63,789 nt of DNA, filler included, from Lama guanicoe (GCA_013239625.1; 199 parts of 199 records of this genome joined end to end with filler, not necessarily neighbours in it); one strand, 5' to 3'. Positions 12,099 through 26,000 are shown, counted from the first letter of the whole stretch. Made by a program: numbers and translations. Notes: generated by a model not told the origin, from the sequence alone.

Positions 12099-12840
12099 NN
12101 NNNNNNNNNNNNNNNNNNNNNNNNNNNNNNNNNNNNNNNNNNTTAATTAATTAANNNNNNNNNNNNNNNNNNNNNNNNNNNNNNNNNNNNNNNNNNNNTT
12201 GTTCATCCAAGCCTGCCCGTGTGGGGGACTGGGGAAGGGGAAGGGGAAGGGGACCCATGTGAAGAAGTCATTCCTGTTTTTATTTATAAATATCCATGAT
12301 AACAATCATTTGTTATCAACCCTTTGCCCGGAACTTTCTAAACAGTATTTCTTATCATCACAAGAATCTTGTAAGATGGGTAACTAATATCTCTGTGTGA
12401 AACGTGAGTAAAGAGACTCNNNNNNNNNNNNNNNNNNNNNNNNNNNNNNNNNNNNNNNNNNNNTTAATTAATTAANNNNNNNNNNNNNNNNNNNNNNNNN
12501 NNNNNNNNNNNNNNNNNNNTTGCTGTTTTGGAAACACTCCAAAATGACATAGAGCAGAATGCAGACCTCAGAACCTATAGAAGCCTCATTTCCACAAGAG
12601 GAAGTGTCCTGCACCCTTTCAGAACTGTGAGATAAGCTTAATCAAAATGAGGTTATGCTAATCGAAATAGTATGTGTTGTTCATCACACCAAATGCAACA
12701 GCAGCAATTGGAGATATACCAGACAACACACACAGGAACANNNNNNNNNNNNNNNNNNNNNNNNNNNNNNNNNNNNNNNNNNNNTTAATTAATTAANNNN
12801 NNNNNNNNNNNNNNNNNNNNNNNNNNNNNNNNNNNNNNNN

Positions 12841-12985
12841 ATGTAGCACAGGGAATAACATTCTTATAATCAAGTTTAATGAAAAAGACGATATATATAT
12901 GTATAACTCAATCACTATGCTATACACCAGAAACTATACACAACATTATAAATCAACTAAACTTCAAGGAAAAAAGGGAAAAAAA
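12841..12985 (+). mobile_element. Cetartiodactyl-type L1 3' UTR with A-rich tail
   Basis: tagcacagggaa...tgtataactcaatcactatgctatacaccagaaact...aatcaact..acttcaa. Confidence 0.85.
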
Positions 12986-15900
12986 TCTGACCAATAATTG
13001 AATGAAAATGACTGTTCTGGCTGAGTGAAACTTCTTCTGTAGTAGCAGGCACACCTTCCAANNNNNNNNNNNNNNNNNNNNNNNNNNNNNNNNNNNNNNN
13101 NNNNNTTAATTAATTAANNNNNNNNNNNNNNNNNNNNNNNNNNNNNNNNNNNNNNNNNNNNATGGGCCCCTGCAGACTGCCGCCGCTGCAGACCATGGTA
13201 CCCACCTTGAACTGTGAGTGGAATCAGTCTTAAGTCAGTCTTCAGTGAGTTGAAACTTCCAGATCATTAACTTTTTTTCAAAAAAAAAAAATTAAAACTT
13301 CTGTAAGCTTCCTTAGGGCTGATATCTTATGGAAAAAAAAGTGATAATTTATCTTAAGGAAAGATTAAGGAGTCAAAATAGTNNNNNNNNNNNNNNNNNN
13401 NNNNNNNNNNNNNNNNNNNNNNNNNNTTAATTAATTAANNNNNNNNNNNNNNNNNNNNNNNNNNNNNNNNNNNNNNNNNNNNAGAAGGGAAGATGAGTGA
13501 AGGTACAAAGAATTTTACAGACCAGGAGAGGCCAGTTGGGAAGTCCTCATGCAAGAGTGCATAGGTGTCTATCTCCTGGTGTGTGCAGTGTGCAAGTGCA
13601 TGTGTGTGTGTTCGTGTGTGTCTGAGAGACAGAGTGAGATGCTTTGTGGGGCACTGGAGTATGAGGTTGGAGAAGGATGCCATCCTGGCACTCTCTTCCA
13701 AGANNNNNNNNNNNNNNNNNNNNNNNNNNNNNNNNNNNNNNNNNNNNTTAATTAATTAANNNNNNNNNNNNNNNNNNNNNNNNNNNNNNNNNNNNNNNNN
13801 NNNACTATATAGTCCAGGTGTTGATGCTTAGCTGTCGGAAGCCAGGTGTTCAGGTCTCATAATGAACAAAAATGTTAGAATGACAGCCAAGATCCAAAGA
13901 GTATTATGGGATATTTAGCAGAACACAGTGTCATGAGGGCAAAATATGCAGATAATCAATAAGGGTAGTTCTAAATTTGTACCATCAAAAGAGATCAAGG
14001 ATGAATGATCATGAGTCTGAGGGANNNNNNNNNNNNNNNNNNNNNNNNNNNNNNNNNNNNNNNNNNNNTTAATTAATTAANNNNNNNNNNNNNNNNNNNN
14101 NNNNNNNNNNNNNNNNNNNNNNNNGTTACTGGGCCTGGCACAGACTGAATGTCTATTCATGGGACAAGCTAAAAACATGCACCTTGAACTACTCATCATG
14201 AACTGAGTGAATATTTTTCAAAGTCATAAAAATAGAAGTGTCTGAAAATGCCCCAGCTTCAAGTGGAAGTGAGACATAGGAGATGAAGCTCATGCAGACC
14301 CTTCAAGGCAGAAGCAACGTGCACAGGCAGAAGGCTCGCACTCCTNNNNNNNNNNNNNNNNNNNNNNNNNNNNNNNNNNNNNNNNNNNNTTAATTAATTA
14401 ANNNNNNNNNNNNNNNNNNNNNNNNNNNNNNNNNNNNNNNNNNNNGTTGGGCAGGCCTGTTTCTGGCTCAGGTTTCAGGCTTTGGTCTTGCGTTTGGGGA
14501 AGCATATCTCAGCTCAGTTTAACTGGATCTACCCTCACCTTGAAGGCTTTAGGCCCATTCTTTATCCTGCTGTAGAAGAAGAAAAAAAACTTTTTGTTGA
14601 AGCAAAGACCATGTTCATCTGTGTCAGTGTCTAGGGGCCAGCTCTGCAATCCCAGGCAATCCCAGGNNNNNNNNNNNNNNNNNNNNNNNNNNNNNNNNNN
14701 NNNNNNNNNNTTAATTAATTAANNNNNNNNNNNNNNNNNNNNNNNNNNNNNNNNNNNNNNNNNNNNCGCCCCAGAGCAGCCTTTACCCACTTGCCCCTAC
14801 TCTTCATCTAAGCCTTAGCTCAAGAGCTACTGCTCCGGAAGTCCTCCCGGGACACCCACCGCCTGGTCCCCCGTCTCCCCTCTCCAAGCCTCTCCCTGCA
14901 CACCGCACTGCCTCAACCCTGCACGGTCCCTGCTCTCATCTTCTCTCACCTACAGATCTGGGAACACTGGATATAATCTTTGCAATCNNNNNNNNNNNNN
15001 NNNNNNNNNNNNNNNNNNNNNNNNNNNNNNNTTAATTAATTAANNNNNNNNNNNNNNNNNNNNNNNNNNNNNNNNNNNNNNNNNNNNAAAAAACATGGCC
15101 CAGCTGTATTCTGTCTACAAGAAATCCACCTTAAATATAAATACACAAGTCAATTGTATTTCTGTATACTAGCAATGAGCATTCACAAGATGAAATTTCT
15201 TTAAATCCTATGATTCAGTATAGCATTAAAACTACAAAGTACTTAGAATCAAATCTGATAAAAGTTCTACCCCAACAATCTGCTCCTGCCCCTCCTCCTC
15301 TTCATCCTNNNNNNNNNNNNNNNNNNNNNNNNNNNNNNNNNNNNNNNNNNNNTTAATTAATTAANNNNNNNNNNNNNNNNNNNNNNNNNNNNNNNNNNNN
15401 NNNNNNNNTTTCATTAGAACAGTGAAGCATGAACATTTTGATATTTCATGTGCAGTCGGTATTTTAATTAAGAATCCTTACCCCAGAAGTGATCAGAAGG
15501 CATCATATCAGAAAAATCACTATCCAGAGGTGATTATTATGAGCACTTCAGCTATCGTTATCTCTAATCACACCAGATATTTAGCTAATTAGCAGACTGT
15601 CAAAAATGGGTTTTCACTAGTGAAATTAGNNNNNNNNNNNNNNNNNNNNNNNNNNNNNNNNNNNNNNNNNNNNTTAATTAATTAANNNNNNNNNNNNNNN
15701 NNNNNNNNNNNNNNNNNNNNNNNNNNNNNCGCCCCAGAGCAGCCTTTACCCACTTGCCCCTACTCTTCATCTAAGCCTCAGCTCAAGAGCTACTGCTCCG
15801 GAAGTTCTCTCGGGACACCCACCACCTGGTCCCCCGTCTCCCCTCTCCAAGCCTCTCCCTGCAGACCACACTGCCTCAACCCTGCACGGCCCCTGCTCTC

Positions 15901-17013
15901 GTCTTCTCTCACCTACAGATCTGGGAACACTGGATATAATCTTTGCAATCNNNNNNNNNNNNNNNNNNNNNNNNNNNNNNNNNNNNNNNNNNNNTTAATT
16001 AATTAANNNNNNNNNNNNNNNNNNNNNNNNNNNNNNNNNNNNNNNNNNNNTTGTCTCACCTTCCCTTCACTTTTAAAGCTTCCCAAGTTCATTCCCCTTG
16101 GAGCCCTGGACTTCCAGTGCTGGCTCTGCGGCTGAGTGTGGGCTTCTCAGCGGCTCAACCTCCATCTCAAAGCGACCACTTTTAGCCTCATCCCACAGTG
16201 CCCCCTTGCCCAGTCTTTGCCGCGGAATCTCTGCAGAGTATGGGAAACTGTCTGCTAGGGACAATTTTGTCNNNNNNNNNNNNNNNNNNNNNNNNNNNNN
16301 NNNNNNNNNNNNNNNTTAATTAATTAANNNNNNNNNNNNNNNNNNNNNNNNNNNNNNNNNNNNNNNNNNNNACCTAACTTGCTTAAGACATGATCCCAGA
16401 GCCAAGCCAGATTTTTCTGACACAAAAGCTATTCCTAGTCATGATGTTATGATGCCTATCAAAAGCACGCTCCTGTCTCATTTTCTCAGAGTTCTGTTTT
16501 AGAAGAGGATAATTGTATTGTTGCTTTTTCATGGTAACAAGTCTTGAGGGCAACAGGGATCATGATGATAGTTCTAAGCGTTGGTACTTTTCNNNNNNNN
16601 NNNNNNNNNNNNNNNNNNNNNNNNNNNNNNNNNNNNTTAATTAATTAANNNNNNNNNNNNNNNNNNNNNNNNNNNNNNNNNNNNNNNNNNNNGATGATGG
16701 GATGCCCCACAGGCCCGTGGCCAATCAGGCTCGAGGGAAAATGACAATGCAGGGGCCCCTGGGGAAAGAGAGAGCTGCAGGCTCCCAGGAGCAGTCTGAG
16801 GACCCTGTGTCAATGCAGAGGAAGTCTAGTCAGCCCCCTGTGGATCCGTAGCTCCTGGGACCTTCTCAGCCTGCTTCTCAGGACACCTCTCTGTAGAGCA
16901 GTGCAGACACGAANNNNNNNNNNNNNNNNNNNNNNNNNNNNNNNNNNNNNNNNNNNNTTAATTAATTAANNNNNNNNNNNNNNNNNNNNNNNNNNNNNNN
17001 NNNNNNNNNNNNN

Positions 17014-17234
17014 TCATTTGAGCAGAGCCTTAAAGAAAGTTAGAAACCAAGCTATTGGGCATGTGGGGGGAAAGGGATTACGAGGGGCTGGGGGTGGGAG
17101 GGAGTGTTCTAAAGCAGCGAGAATAGTAGGTGCAAAGTCCCTGAGACACGACTGTGCTTGGCACGTTTGAGGAATAGTGAGGAGACCAGTATGGCTGGAC
17201 AGGAGAGTGAGCGAGGTCAGAGCAGTAGAAAATG
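17014..17234 (-). mobile_element. LINE-2 fragment
   Basis: catttgagcagag...gtgcaaagtccctgag...tgtgcttggcacgtttgaggaatagtgaggagaccagtatggctgga is antisense L2. Confidence 0.85.
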
Positions 17235-18618
17235 NNNNNNNNNNNNNNNNNNNNNNNNNNNNNNNNNNNNNNNNNNNNTTAATTAATTAANNNNNNNNNN
17301 NNNNNNNNNNNNNNNNNNNNNNNNNNNNNNNNNNAATGAACCCTAAGGCCAAGAATAGAGGTGCGATGATTTGAGCAAGAGGTGTAGACGTGTGACCGTG
17401 ACGATTCACGTGATCATTCACCCTGCACGACTTCAGTGGCCACCCGTGAAGTGCGTGATATCCTGTTAGACCCTGGGGACACCAGTGGGCATGGTCTCTG
17501 CCCTCAGGAAGCTCAGGCTGGCGGTGAGTGACCAGCGGGCTCATAGCAGAAGGCCNNNNNNNNNNNNNNNNNNNNNNNNNNNNNNNNNNNNNNNNNNNNT
17601 TAATTAATTAANNNNNNNNNNNNNNNNNNNNNNNNNNNNNNNNNNNNNNNNNNNNGCTGCTGCAGCTGCGCTCCGTCGCGTCCAGGGAGGCAAAGTTTGA
17701 CTACAGTTTGGAACTACTGGTCCTCAGCAGGTGTGTGACTTGATAAAAGCTACTGAATCTCTTTGGCCTTGGTTTCCCATCCACCTGGGGCAGAAGGTCA
17801 TTATTGTCTCCACCCCAGTGATCAGCGCCTGGGGGGGCAGGGCATCTGGGCCTCGCAGGAGGGACTTCAGGTAACGNNNNNNNNNNNNNNNNNNNNNNNN
17901 NNNNNNNNNNNNNNNNNNNNTTAATTAATTAANNNNNNNNNNNNNNNNNNNNNNNNNNNNNNNNNNNNNNNNNNNNAATCTTCAGCCTCAACATTACTAC
18001 ACAGTTTTCCAATTCTCTGTCTTTCCCCTGACGATCTTTTTCTTGGTGTTAGGTCTGTATGCTAGGTTAATTTGTCAGTGACAAGAACAGAGCATTGGAT
18101 TAATTTGATATCTTGGGTAACAGTTTGGTTTTATAATAGCCCTAATTTTTTTTTTAGAATGATTTATTCTACTTCTGACTCTGTTTGCTGAGTAAGANNN
18201 NNNNNNNNNNNNNNNNNNNNNNNNNNNNNNNNNNNNNNNNNTTAATTAATTAANNNNNNNNNNNNNNNNNNNNNNNNNNNNNNNNNNNNNNNNNNNNTGG
18301 AGGGAAGAGGCAGCATGTGTTGGGGAGGAGGGACGCGTGGGGAACACAAAGCGAAGGCAGAGCTGTGGTAAGAATCATAGCATGGTGCATGAGCAAGAGC
18401 CTGGATGATCTGGGGAAAAAATCAAAAAACAACACAAAAACACTCCTCTGGGCACTGGGGACATACACCTGGGTCTGGACCTCAGGAGTGAGACATGGGT
18501 CTCATAAATTATCCTGGGNNNNNNNNNNNNNNNNNNNNNNNNNNNNNNNNNNNNNNNNNNNNTTAATTAATTAANNNNNNNNNNNNNNNNNNNNNNNNNN
18601 NNNNNNNNNNNNNNNNNN

Positions 18619-18740
18619 GACCCAGGACTCACTGGCTGAAGGGAGCCGAGGTCCCCTGAGGAAGTACCCTGTAGTACATGGCAACTGTGTGCCGTAGGAA
18701 TTCCCCACGTCTTTCCATGTAGGTACCAATGGCTATTTTT
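18619..18740 (+). mobile_element. ERVL/MaLR internal (gag-pro junction) relic
   Basis: gacccaggactcactggctgaagggagccgaggtcccctgaggaagtaccctg resembles the ERV-L internal consensus gacccagaacccctt...gtccccttgaggaaggaccc. Confidence 0.65.
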
Positions 18741-18939
18741 TAGATTTTCATTCATTGACAAAAGGGAAGATCTAGGTCCCTTTATGTCTATTGGATAAAG
18801 TCCATTTTGACAATGATACCTGGGAACCAAAGTACCAGCNNNNNNNNNNNNNNNNNNNNNNNNNNNNNNNNNNNNNNNNNNNNTTAATTAATTAANNNNN
18901 NNNNNNNNNNNNNNNNNNNNNNNNNNNNNNNNNNNNNNN

Positions 18940-19160
18940 TGTTTGTCTCACCTAGTTATTTTTATGTGTGTGGTGAGAGCACCTGACATCTAGTCTGCTA
19001 GCAAATAGCCAGTATTCAATAGAGAATTATTACCTATAGTGATCTTTCTGTACATTGGGTATCTAGTCTTACTCATCCTACATAACTAAAACTTTGTACA
19101 TTTTGACCAGCACTTTTCCAGTTTTTCCACTTCTGTGCCCCTGGTAACCACTGTTACACC
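18940..19160 (-). mobile_element. L1MA/MB 3' UTR fragment
   Basis: tgtgtggtgagagcac...cataactaaaactttgtac...tttgaccagcac...cccctggtaaccac. Confidence 0.85.
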
Positions 19161-22100
19161 NNNNNNNNNNNNNNNNNNNNNNNNNNNNNNNNNNNNNNNN
19201 NNNNTTAATTAATTAANNNNNNNNNNNNNNNNNNNNNNNNNNNNNNNNNNNNNNNNNNNNATAAGTGTGATACCTAGCTGGATCCTATATATGAAATCAT
19301 GCACATTGACTCTAGAGAAACTTTAAATTGTATAAGTGAGATGCATTTTACAGCGGGGAGATAATCAGTTCCGCTCAGGACAGATATATTCCCCCCACAT
19401 ACACCACCTTTCTAGATATGCTCTTACTCAATGTTTTACTTAGGTCCTGGGGTAGAATTGGAGTGTTGGGAACAGAGGGAANNNNNNNNNNNNNNNNNNN
19501 NNNNNNNNNNNNNNNNNNNNNNNNNTTAATTAATTAANNNNNNNNNNNNNNNNNNNNNNNNNNNNNNNNNNNNNNNNNNNNTGGGCCTGAGAGCTTGCAC
19601 TTCTAACATACTGGTCCACGGCCCACACTCCGATTAGCAAGGACCCAAAAGGTGTTCCCATCCTTAGGTTTGCTGCTAACTGTTGGTGCAAACAGACAAC
19701 TAGGTCAACAAGCTGGCAAGTCTTTTTTCAGCCCTAGAAATAGAAGAAAATATCTGCCCCTTACCTGACGCTGATCATGAAAGTTTAGGCATAGGGGGCT
19801 TTNNNNNNNNNNNNNNNNNNNNNNNNNNNNNNNNNNNNNNNNNNNNTTAATTAATTAANNNNNNNNNNNNNNNNNNNNNNNNNNNNNNNNNNNNNNNNNN
19901 NNACCCAAACCAGGACCACCTTCTGGGATGCTCACCAGTTAGACACCGCCCAGGTGGTGCAGATGCATCTGCTGTATTCCCTAGCCAGAGTCTACCCCAA
20001 ACCCCGCCAATGAGTGAGAGAGTGAGGGTGGCCCCAGGCAGCCCCCAACCAGACAGAATCCAGCTTAAAGTACGTGCCTTCTATAAGCAGGAGACCTCAG
20101 GCCCCTGTCCCATATCTGAAGAANNNNNNNNNNNNNNNNNNNNNNNNNNNNNNNNNNNNNNNNNNNNTTAATTAATTAANNNNNNNNNNNNNNNNNNNNN
20201 NNNNNNNNNNNNNNNNNNNNNNNCCTGCGTTGTGAACAAATTCTTGCAATCGAAATGGCAATAAAGGGATGCTCACCTGTCACTGAGAGCAGTAGGAGAC
20301 ACTTCCTGAGGTCCCGTGGGACCACCTGGTGCCCCGCCTCACACGGCAGTGCAGCACACTCAGAGAGACTTCAGCCACGGAGGCAGCCACAGGCCACGAG
20401 GCGAGGGTCTGGGGAGGAAAGGCCATGGACGGCTGCTTCTGCACNNNNNNNNNNNNNNNNNNNNNNNNNNNNNNNNNNNNNNNNNNNNTTAATTAATTAA
20501 NNNNNNNNNNNNNNNNNNNNNNNNNNNNNNNNNNNNNNNNNNNNCCTTCTAAAGCACTGCTGCTTGTTCCATCACAAAGGCGGGAAGTCTTGAGCCCCAA
20601 CTGCGAAAAGTGGGGATACTGGCGCCCCCACCTCTCCCAGCCGCTCTCCCTTCTTTGGCGAAGGTGGACGTTTTGGGACAGGTTTTCTGCGTGTGTGGTG
20701 GGGGAAGGGAGCAGATGGAGTAGCGAGGCACGTGCTGGAATGGAAAGGCATCCATTTTACAGCGTNNNNNNNNNNNNNNNNNNNNNNNNNNNNNNNNNNN
20801 NNNNNNNNNTTAATTAATTAANNNNNNNNNNNNNNNNNNNNNNNNNNNNNNNNNNNNNNNNNNNNGATCTAGATTCAGATATAGGCTGAATTTTCTAGTG
20901 AGAAAATGAGTTGATTTTCAACTGACAACATCTATTTTCTGAATGGACTATGAGATGAGGTCAGCAGATGAGCTAAAGGAGGAAGAAATAAAAATGTATG
21001 AAATAGTTATCTTGGAATGTGGACAAGTGTGTGTTCTCAAAAAATGTATTAGAACTGTCTTTTTAAAATTTTTGAATTTTTTAAATNNNNNNNNNNNNNN
21101 NNNNNNNNNNNNNNNNNNNNNNNNNNNNNNTTAATTAATTAANNNNNNNNNNNNNNNNNNNNNNNNNNNNNNNNNNNNNNNNNNNNCTGGGCTGCCCCAC
21201 GTCCACTCTCCCGCCAGCTTGGTCCTCGTCTGAGAAAGCCCTCACTTGTGCCGTCGCGCTCCAGTGCCCCGCATCAGGCGGGTGGCGTGGGTGAGGGTGG
21301 ACTTGGCCGCTGGTAAGCCCCCAAGGAAGGGCGGCACCGGGCAGCTGCTTCCGCCTCGGGATAGAGAGCCGCCGGGTCCTTGACTTACGGCTTGCTGTCC
21401 GACAGAGNNNNNNNNNNNNNNNNNNNNNNNNNNNNNNNNNNNNNNNNNNNNTTAATTAATTAANNNNNNNNNNNNNNNNNNNNNNNNNNNNNNNNNNNNN
21501 NNNNNNNGAAAGGAAGAATCAGAGGGGCCAAAGGAGGACAGATTAGACTGCTGGGAGTGAAGGGGATGCTGGGCGACGCTCTGCGCTGAACCATCACTAA
21601 GTTCCGGGTCACGTGGGCGGGGGAGCAGCTGGTCAGGTGGAAGCAAGAATCAGGCTTTTCTCTCCTCAGGGTAAAATGGAGGCTGCACTGTGCGGGCCGG
21701 CCACTCTCCTACTGGATGACAGGATGCCNNNNNNNNNNNNNNNNNNNNNNNNNNNNNNNNNNNNNNNNNNNNTTAATTAATTAANNNNNNNNNNNNNNNN
21801 NNNNNNNNNNNNNNNNNNNNNNNNNNNNGATTGTTTATTACAAATAACTCACTAATGATGAAGATAATTCATGGTGCGATTTTTATCATAGGGGCCCTCA
21901 TATTAAATGCTGTTTCACTCAAACATATACTTACATATATATGGGAATATATGCGTGTGCACACACACACACATGCAGAAAATTCTATGTAAATTACTAG
22001 AAGTCACATGTATGCAAACATTTCTTTTAGGCTTAGTAGAAATATATTTNNNNNNNNNNNNNNNNNNNNNNNNNNNNNNNNNNNNNNNNNNNNTTAATTA

Positions 22101-23112
22101 ATTAANNNNNNNNNNNNNNNNNNNNNNNNNNNNNNNNNNNNNNNNNNNNCCTCCCCTCTGTACCCACTGGCTTGCTCTCCAATTGCCATTACTTTGAACT
22201 GGTTTGCTTTTAATTTTTCTGACAGGTCACTTTTATATTTCTAAAAATAATATGCTATGCCACTACAAAATGTGACATTGTTTACTAATTTCTGGCTATT
22301 ACTCATCCACGTACTTTTTCTCCCCTTCGTTCCCCATGCTCCTACCACATACTCATTCTTCAATTCCTTCNNNNNNNNNNNNNNNNNNNNNNNNNNNNNN
22401 NNNNNNNNNNNNNNTTAATTAATTAANNNNNNNNNNNNNNNNNNNNNNNNNNNNNNNNNNNNNNNNNNNNGGTGGGAGTGACCCAGAACCCACCGATATC
22501 CGGGGCTGATTTTTTTTTTCATGAGGATAAGCTTCGTGGGCAGAAGAACTGTGACCACGACTGGACCACTCACACACGGATCCGACTGCGATCTCTGCGT
22601 GGGACAGAAAGGAATGGCGTGATACCAAACGCACCAGATTAACAGTGGAGCGACTTGGTGTCTCCCCGCACGTCTGACACTACCAATCTGANNNNNNNNN
22701 NNNNNNNNNNNNNNNNNNNNNNNNNNNNNNNNNNNTTAATTAATTAANNNNNNNNNNNNNNNNNNNNNNNNNNNNNNNNNNNNNNNNNNNNTTTCTTCAG
22801 AGTATTCTCACCTTAGGATGATGGAACTGTGTATGACAGAGCTTTCTGATTTATGTTTGGAAGATTTGGCAGATTGATGATTAGGTGTTGAATTTATTCA
22901 AATAAATCCTAACAACCTCACTTTTTTTTTTTTTAATATGTAGTACTTTCTCTCATCATTAGTACTGAGTTTGAAATCATTACTACTGAGTTGGGAAGGA
23001 GGCAGTCAAAAANNNNNNNNNNNNNNNNNNNNNNNNNNNNNNNNNNNNNNNNNNNNTTAATTAATTAANNNNNNNNNNNNNNNNNNNNNNNNNNNNNNNN
23101 NNNNNNNNNNNN

Positions 23113-23332
23113 ACATTGTAAAATGATTATAAATCAATAAAAAATGTTAAAAAAAATAGAAGGACATGAAATGATGGTGAAGATGAGGGGAGCCAAATTG
23201 ACTCCTACATTGCTGATGGGAATTCGTGAATGGTACAGCCACTCTGGAAAGCAGTTTGGCAGGGTTTTTGGTTTGTTTTTTGGTTTTTAAGTAAGTGTGC
23301 AATTACTATACAACCCAGCAAGCAGAATTCTT
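23113..23332 (+). mobile_element. Tail of a young camelid-type L1 followed by an older L1M fragment
   Basis: acattgtaaaatgattataaatcaataaaaaatgttaaaaaaa, then ctacattgctgatgggaa...ggtacagccactctggaaagcagtttggcag. Confidence 0.8.
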
Positions 23333-24074
23333 NNNNNNNNNNNNNNNNNNNNNNNNNNNNNNNNNNNNNNNNNNNNTTAATTAATTAANNNNNNNNNNNN
23401 NNNNNNNNNNNNNNNNNNNNNNNNNNNNNNNNTTTCCTGTTTCAAGTCAGCTTTCCAGCTTTCCAGTTTTTCTTATAATCTGACTCTTTGTCCAATGAAG
23501 AACAAAACTAAGAAATCAGAACTTGGTTGAAAATGTACACACTAATATTGCATATGTACATTTTTTCTTTCATGGTCAGTGATGACTGGTAACAATATCC
23601 ACTTTTTTGTATTTTTATGTAATAAGGTTGAAGATGCTTTAATATCTTATTGTNNNNNNNNNNNNNNNNNNNNNNNNNNNNNNNNNNNNNNNNNNNNTTA
23701 ATTAATTAANNNNNNNNNNNNNNNNNNNNNNNNNNNNNNNNNNNNNNNNNNNNATTCTCTCTCCAGGACATCACGGTTTCCCTCCATTCTGAGCTGGACA
23801 GCCCCTCTCGCCTCCCCAGGGTCGAAAGTGCACTGCATAGAGCCTGGGACCCAGTGATGCTTCAGTTCTCAGAGAGATGTCTCCTCTTAGGGAGGACCCA
23901 GGGCCAAGGGATGGGTCCAGTGAGTACAAGGAGGAGCTCTGCAGCCTGGCCTTCCTCTTGGCCTCTCAGTCCAGNNNNNNNNNNNNNNNNNNNNNNNNNN
24001 NNNNNNNNNNNNNNNNNNTTAATTAATTAANNNNNNNNNNNNNNNNNNNNNNNNNNNNNNNNNNNNNNNNNNNN

Positions 24075-24250
24075 CTGTATAGCACAGGGAAATATACACA
24101 AAATGTTATGATGGATCACAGAGGAGAGGATGTGGCAGTGGGTGTGTATGTGTCCATGAATGGCTGAAGGATTGTGCTGAACACTGGAATTTGACACAAC
24201 ACTGTGGAATGATTGTGAATCAATAAAAAATGTAAAAAAAACAAAAAAGA
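24075..24250 (+). mobile_element. Camelid-type L1 3' UTR with polyA signal and tail
   Basis: ctgtatagcacagggaaatatacacaa...acactggaatttgacacaacac...tcaataaaaaatgt. Confidence 0.85.
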
Positions 24251-24834
24251 GTTTAACCAGGAAAACATACATCAACTGCAGATAATTACTCAAGTNNNNN
24301 NNNNNNNNNNNNNNNNNNNNNNNNNNNNNNNNNNNNNNNTTAATTAATTAANNNNNNNNNNNNNNNNNNNNNNNNNNNNNNNNNNNNNNNNNNNNAAACA
24401 TATAAAGAACACTGATAATTCAGTAAGAAACCACTCAGCCCAATACAGAGATGGGGGATATATTTCTATCAATACTTCAACATTGAAAATAAATGACTGT
24501 CAAAATATGTATGAAAAGGTGGGTAAAATCATTAGTCGTGGAAATTAATTGCTACTTAGTAATAAAATGAAATCAACTACTGACACATACAATAACATAG
24601 AGGAATCTCAAAAAGTNNNNNNNNNNNNNNNNNNNNNNNNNNNNNNNNNNNNNNNNNNNNTTAATTAATTAANNNNNNNNNNNNNNNNNNNNNNNNNNNN
24701 NNNNNNNNNNNNNNNNTCAAACTTCTTTGCCTTTAGCAGTGGCCAAGTGACCCAAGTTCTGGCCAATGCAATACACATCGAAGATTCTGGGAAGGGATCC
24801 AAGACAGCTTCAATAAAGAACAGACTTAGCTAGT

Positions 24835-24937
24835 TGTCAGCCAAAACAAAATGCACAACCTAAAAGTTGAGAGCTGTGTTTTATTTGGCAGACCTGCTGA
24901 GGACTCGAGCCTGAGAGGCAGCCTCTCAGATCGCTCT
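24835..24937 (-). mobile_element. ERV1-type LTR end (laurasiatherian/ungulate type)
   Basis: tgtcagcc...atgcacaacctaaaagttgagagctgtgttttatttggc...gcagcctctcagatcgctct (AATAAA on the minus strand). Confidence 0.65.
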
Positions 24938-25037
24938 NNNNNNNNNNNNNNNNNNNNNNNNNNNNNNNNNNNNNNNNNNNNTTAATTAATTAANNNNNNN
25001 NNNNNNNNNNNNNNNNNNNNNNNNNNNNNNNNNNNNN

Positions 25038-25258
25038 AGGTGGGACAGGAATTGAGTATGTCCCTTTCCCCCCACGTAATTTATGCTCTGAAAACACCCC
25101 AGCAGCTTAGGCTCTGGTTAACTAGCTTTTCCTGTGGGCAGACCTTGTTGAGAAGAACAGAATGTTCTGATGTATTTCAAAATTGTTACTTTTCTGCTCC
25201 CACTGCTAGAATCAAGAGGGAAGTTTTCTCTGATAGTCAATGTAAGAACATGTTTGAG
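25038..25258 (-). mobile_element. Old L1M 5'-region fragment
   Basis: gggcagaccttgttgagaagaacagaatg...tatttcaaaat..ttacttttc pattern typical of L1M 5' ends. Confidence 0.5.
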
Positions 25259-26000
25259 NNNNNNNNNNNNNNNNNNNNNNNNNNNNNNNNNNNNNNNNNN
25301 NNTTAATTAATTAANNNNNNNNNNNNNNNNNNNNNNNNNNNNNNNNNNNNNNNNNNNNCTAAAAAATTATGATATCAGACTGTGTTGTTGAAACAACTGT
25401 TTAAATGGGAAACAGGATTGAAGGTGGAGAATTTAAGGCATGGCACACTTGTCTTCCACTTGCAATTAAAATAGTAAAGATGGCACAAACTGAAGGCAGT
25501 TTGTATGACGCTGGTGGAGCTGAAGGGACGCACAGACGAGCCGGCTCTCGGACCCGCAGGTGCCAGCGCCGCCCTCCAGNNNNNNNNNNNNNNNNNNNNN
25601 NNNNNNNNNNNNNNNNNNNNNNNTTAATTAATTAANNNNNNNNNNNNNNNNNNNNNNNNNNNNNNNNNNNNNNNNNNNNGAAAACGATTATCATTTTCTG
25701 GGGAAGGAAGAGGGCTATGATCAGAATGTGGCCATAAAAGGCTTTGGTAGTGGCTGGCAAAGTTCTGCTTCTTGACCTATTTGGTATTACAATACCAACT
25801 TTAATAATAATTCAGTAAACTAAATATTTGTTTTATGTGAGTTTATCTGGCTAAATTTTGTGATAATAAAGGTGTTTTTAAAAGGTGGGAGATTGTTTAA
25901 NNNNNNNNNNNNNNNNNNNNNNNNNNNNNNNNNNNNNNNNNNNNTTAATTAATTAANNNNNNNNNNNNNNNNNNNNNNNNNNNNNNNNNNNNNNNNNNNN

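Noticed and set aside
16073..16264. 63-aa minus-strand ORF with a nearby donor-like site
   Set aside because: No recognisable homology, and this length is expected by chance in GC-rich DNA.
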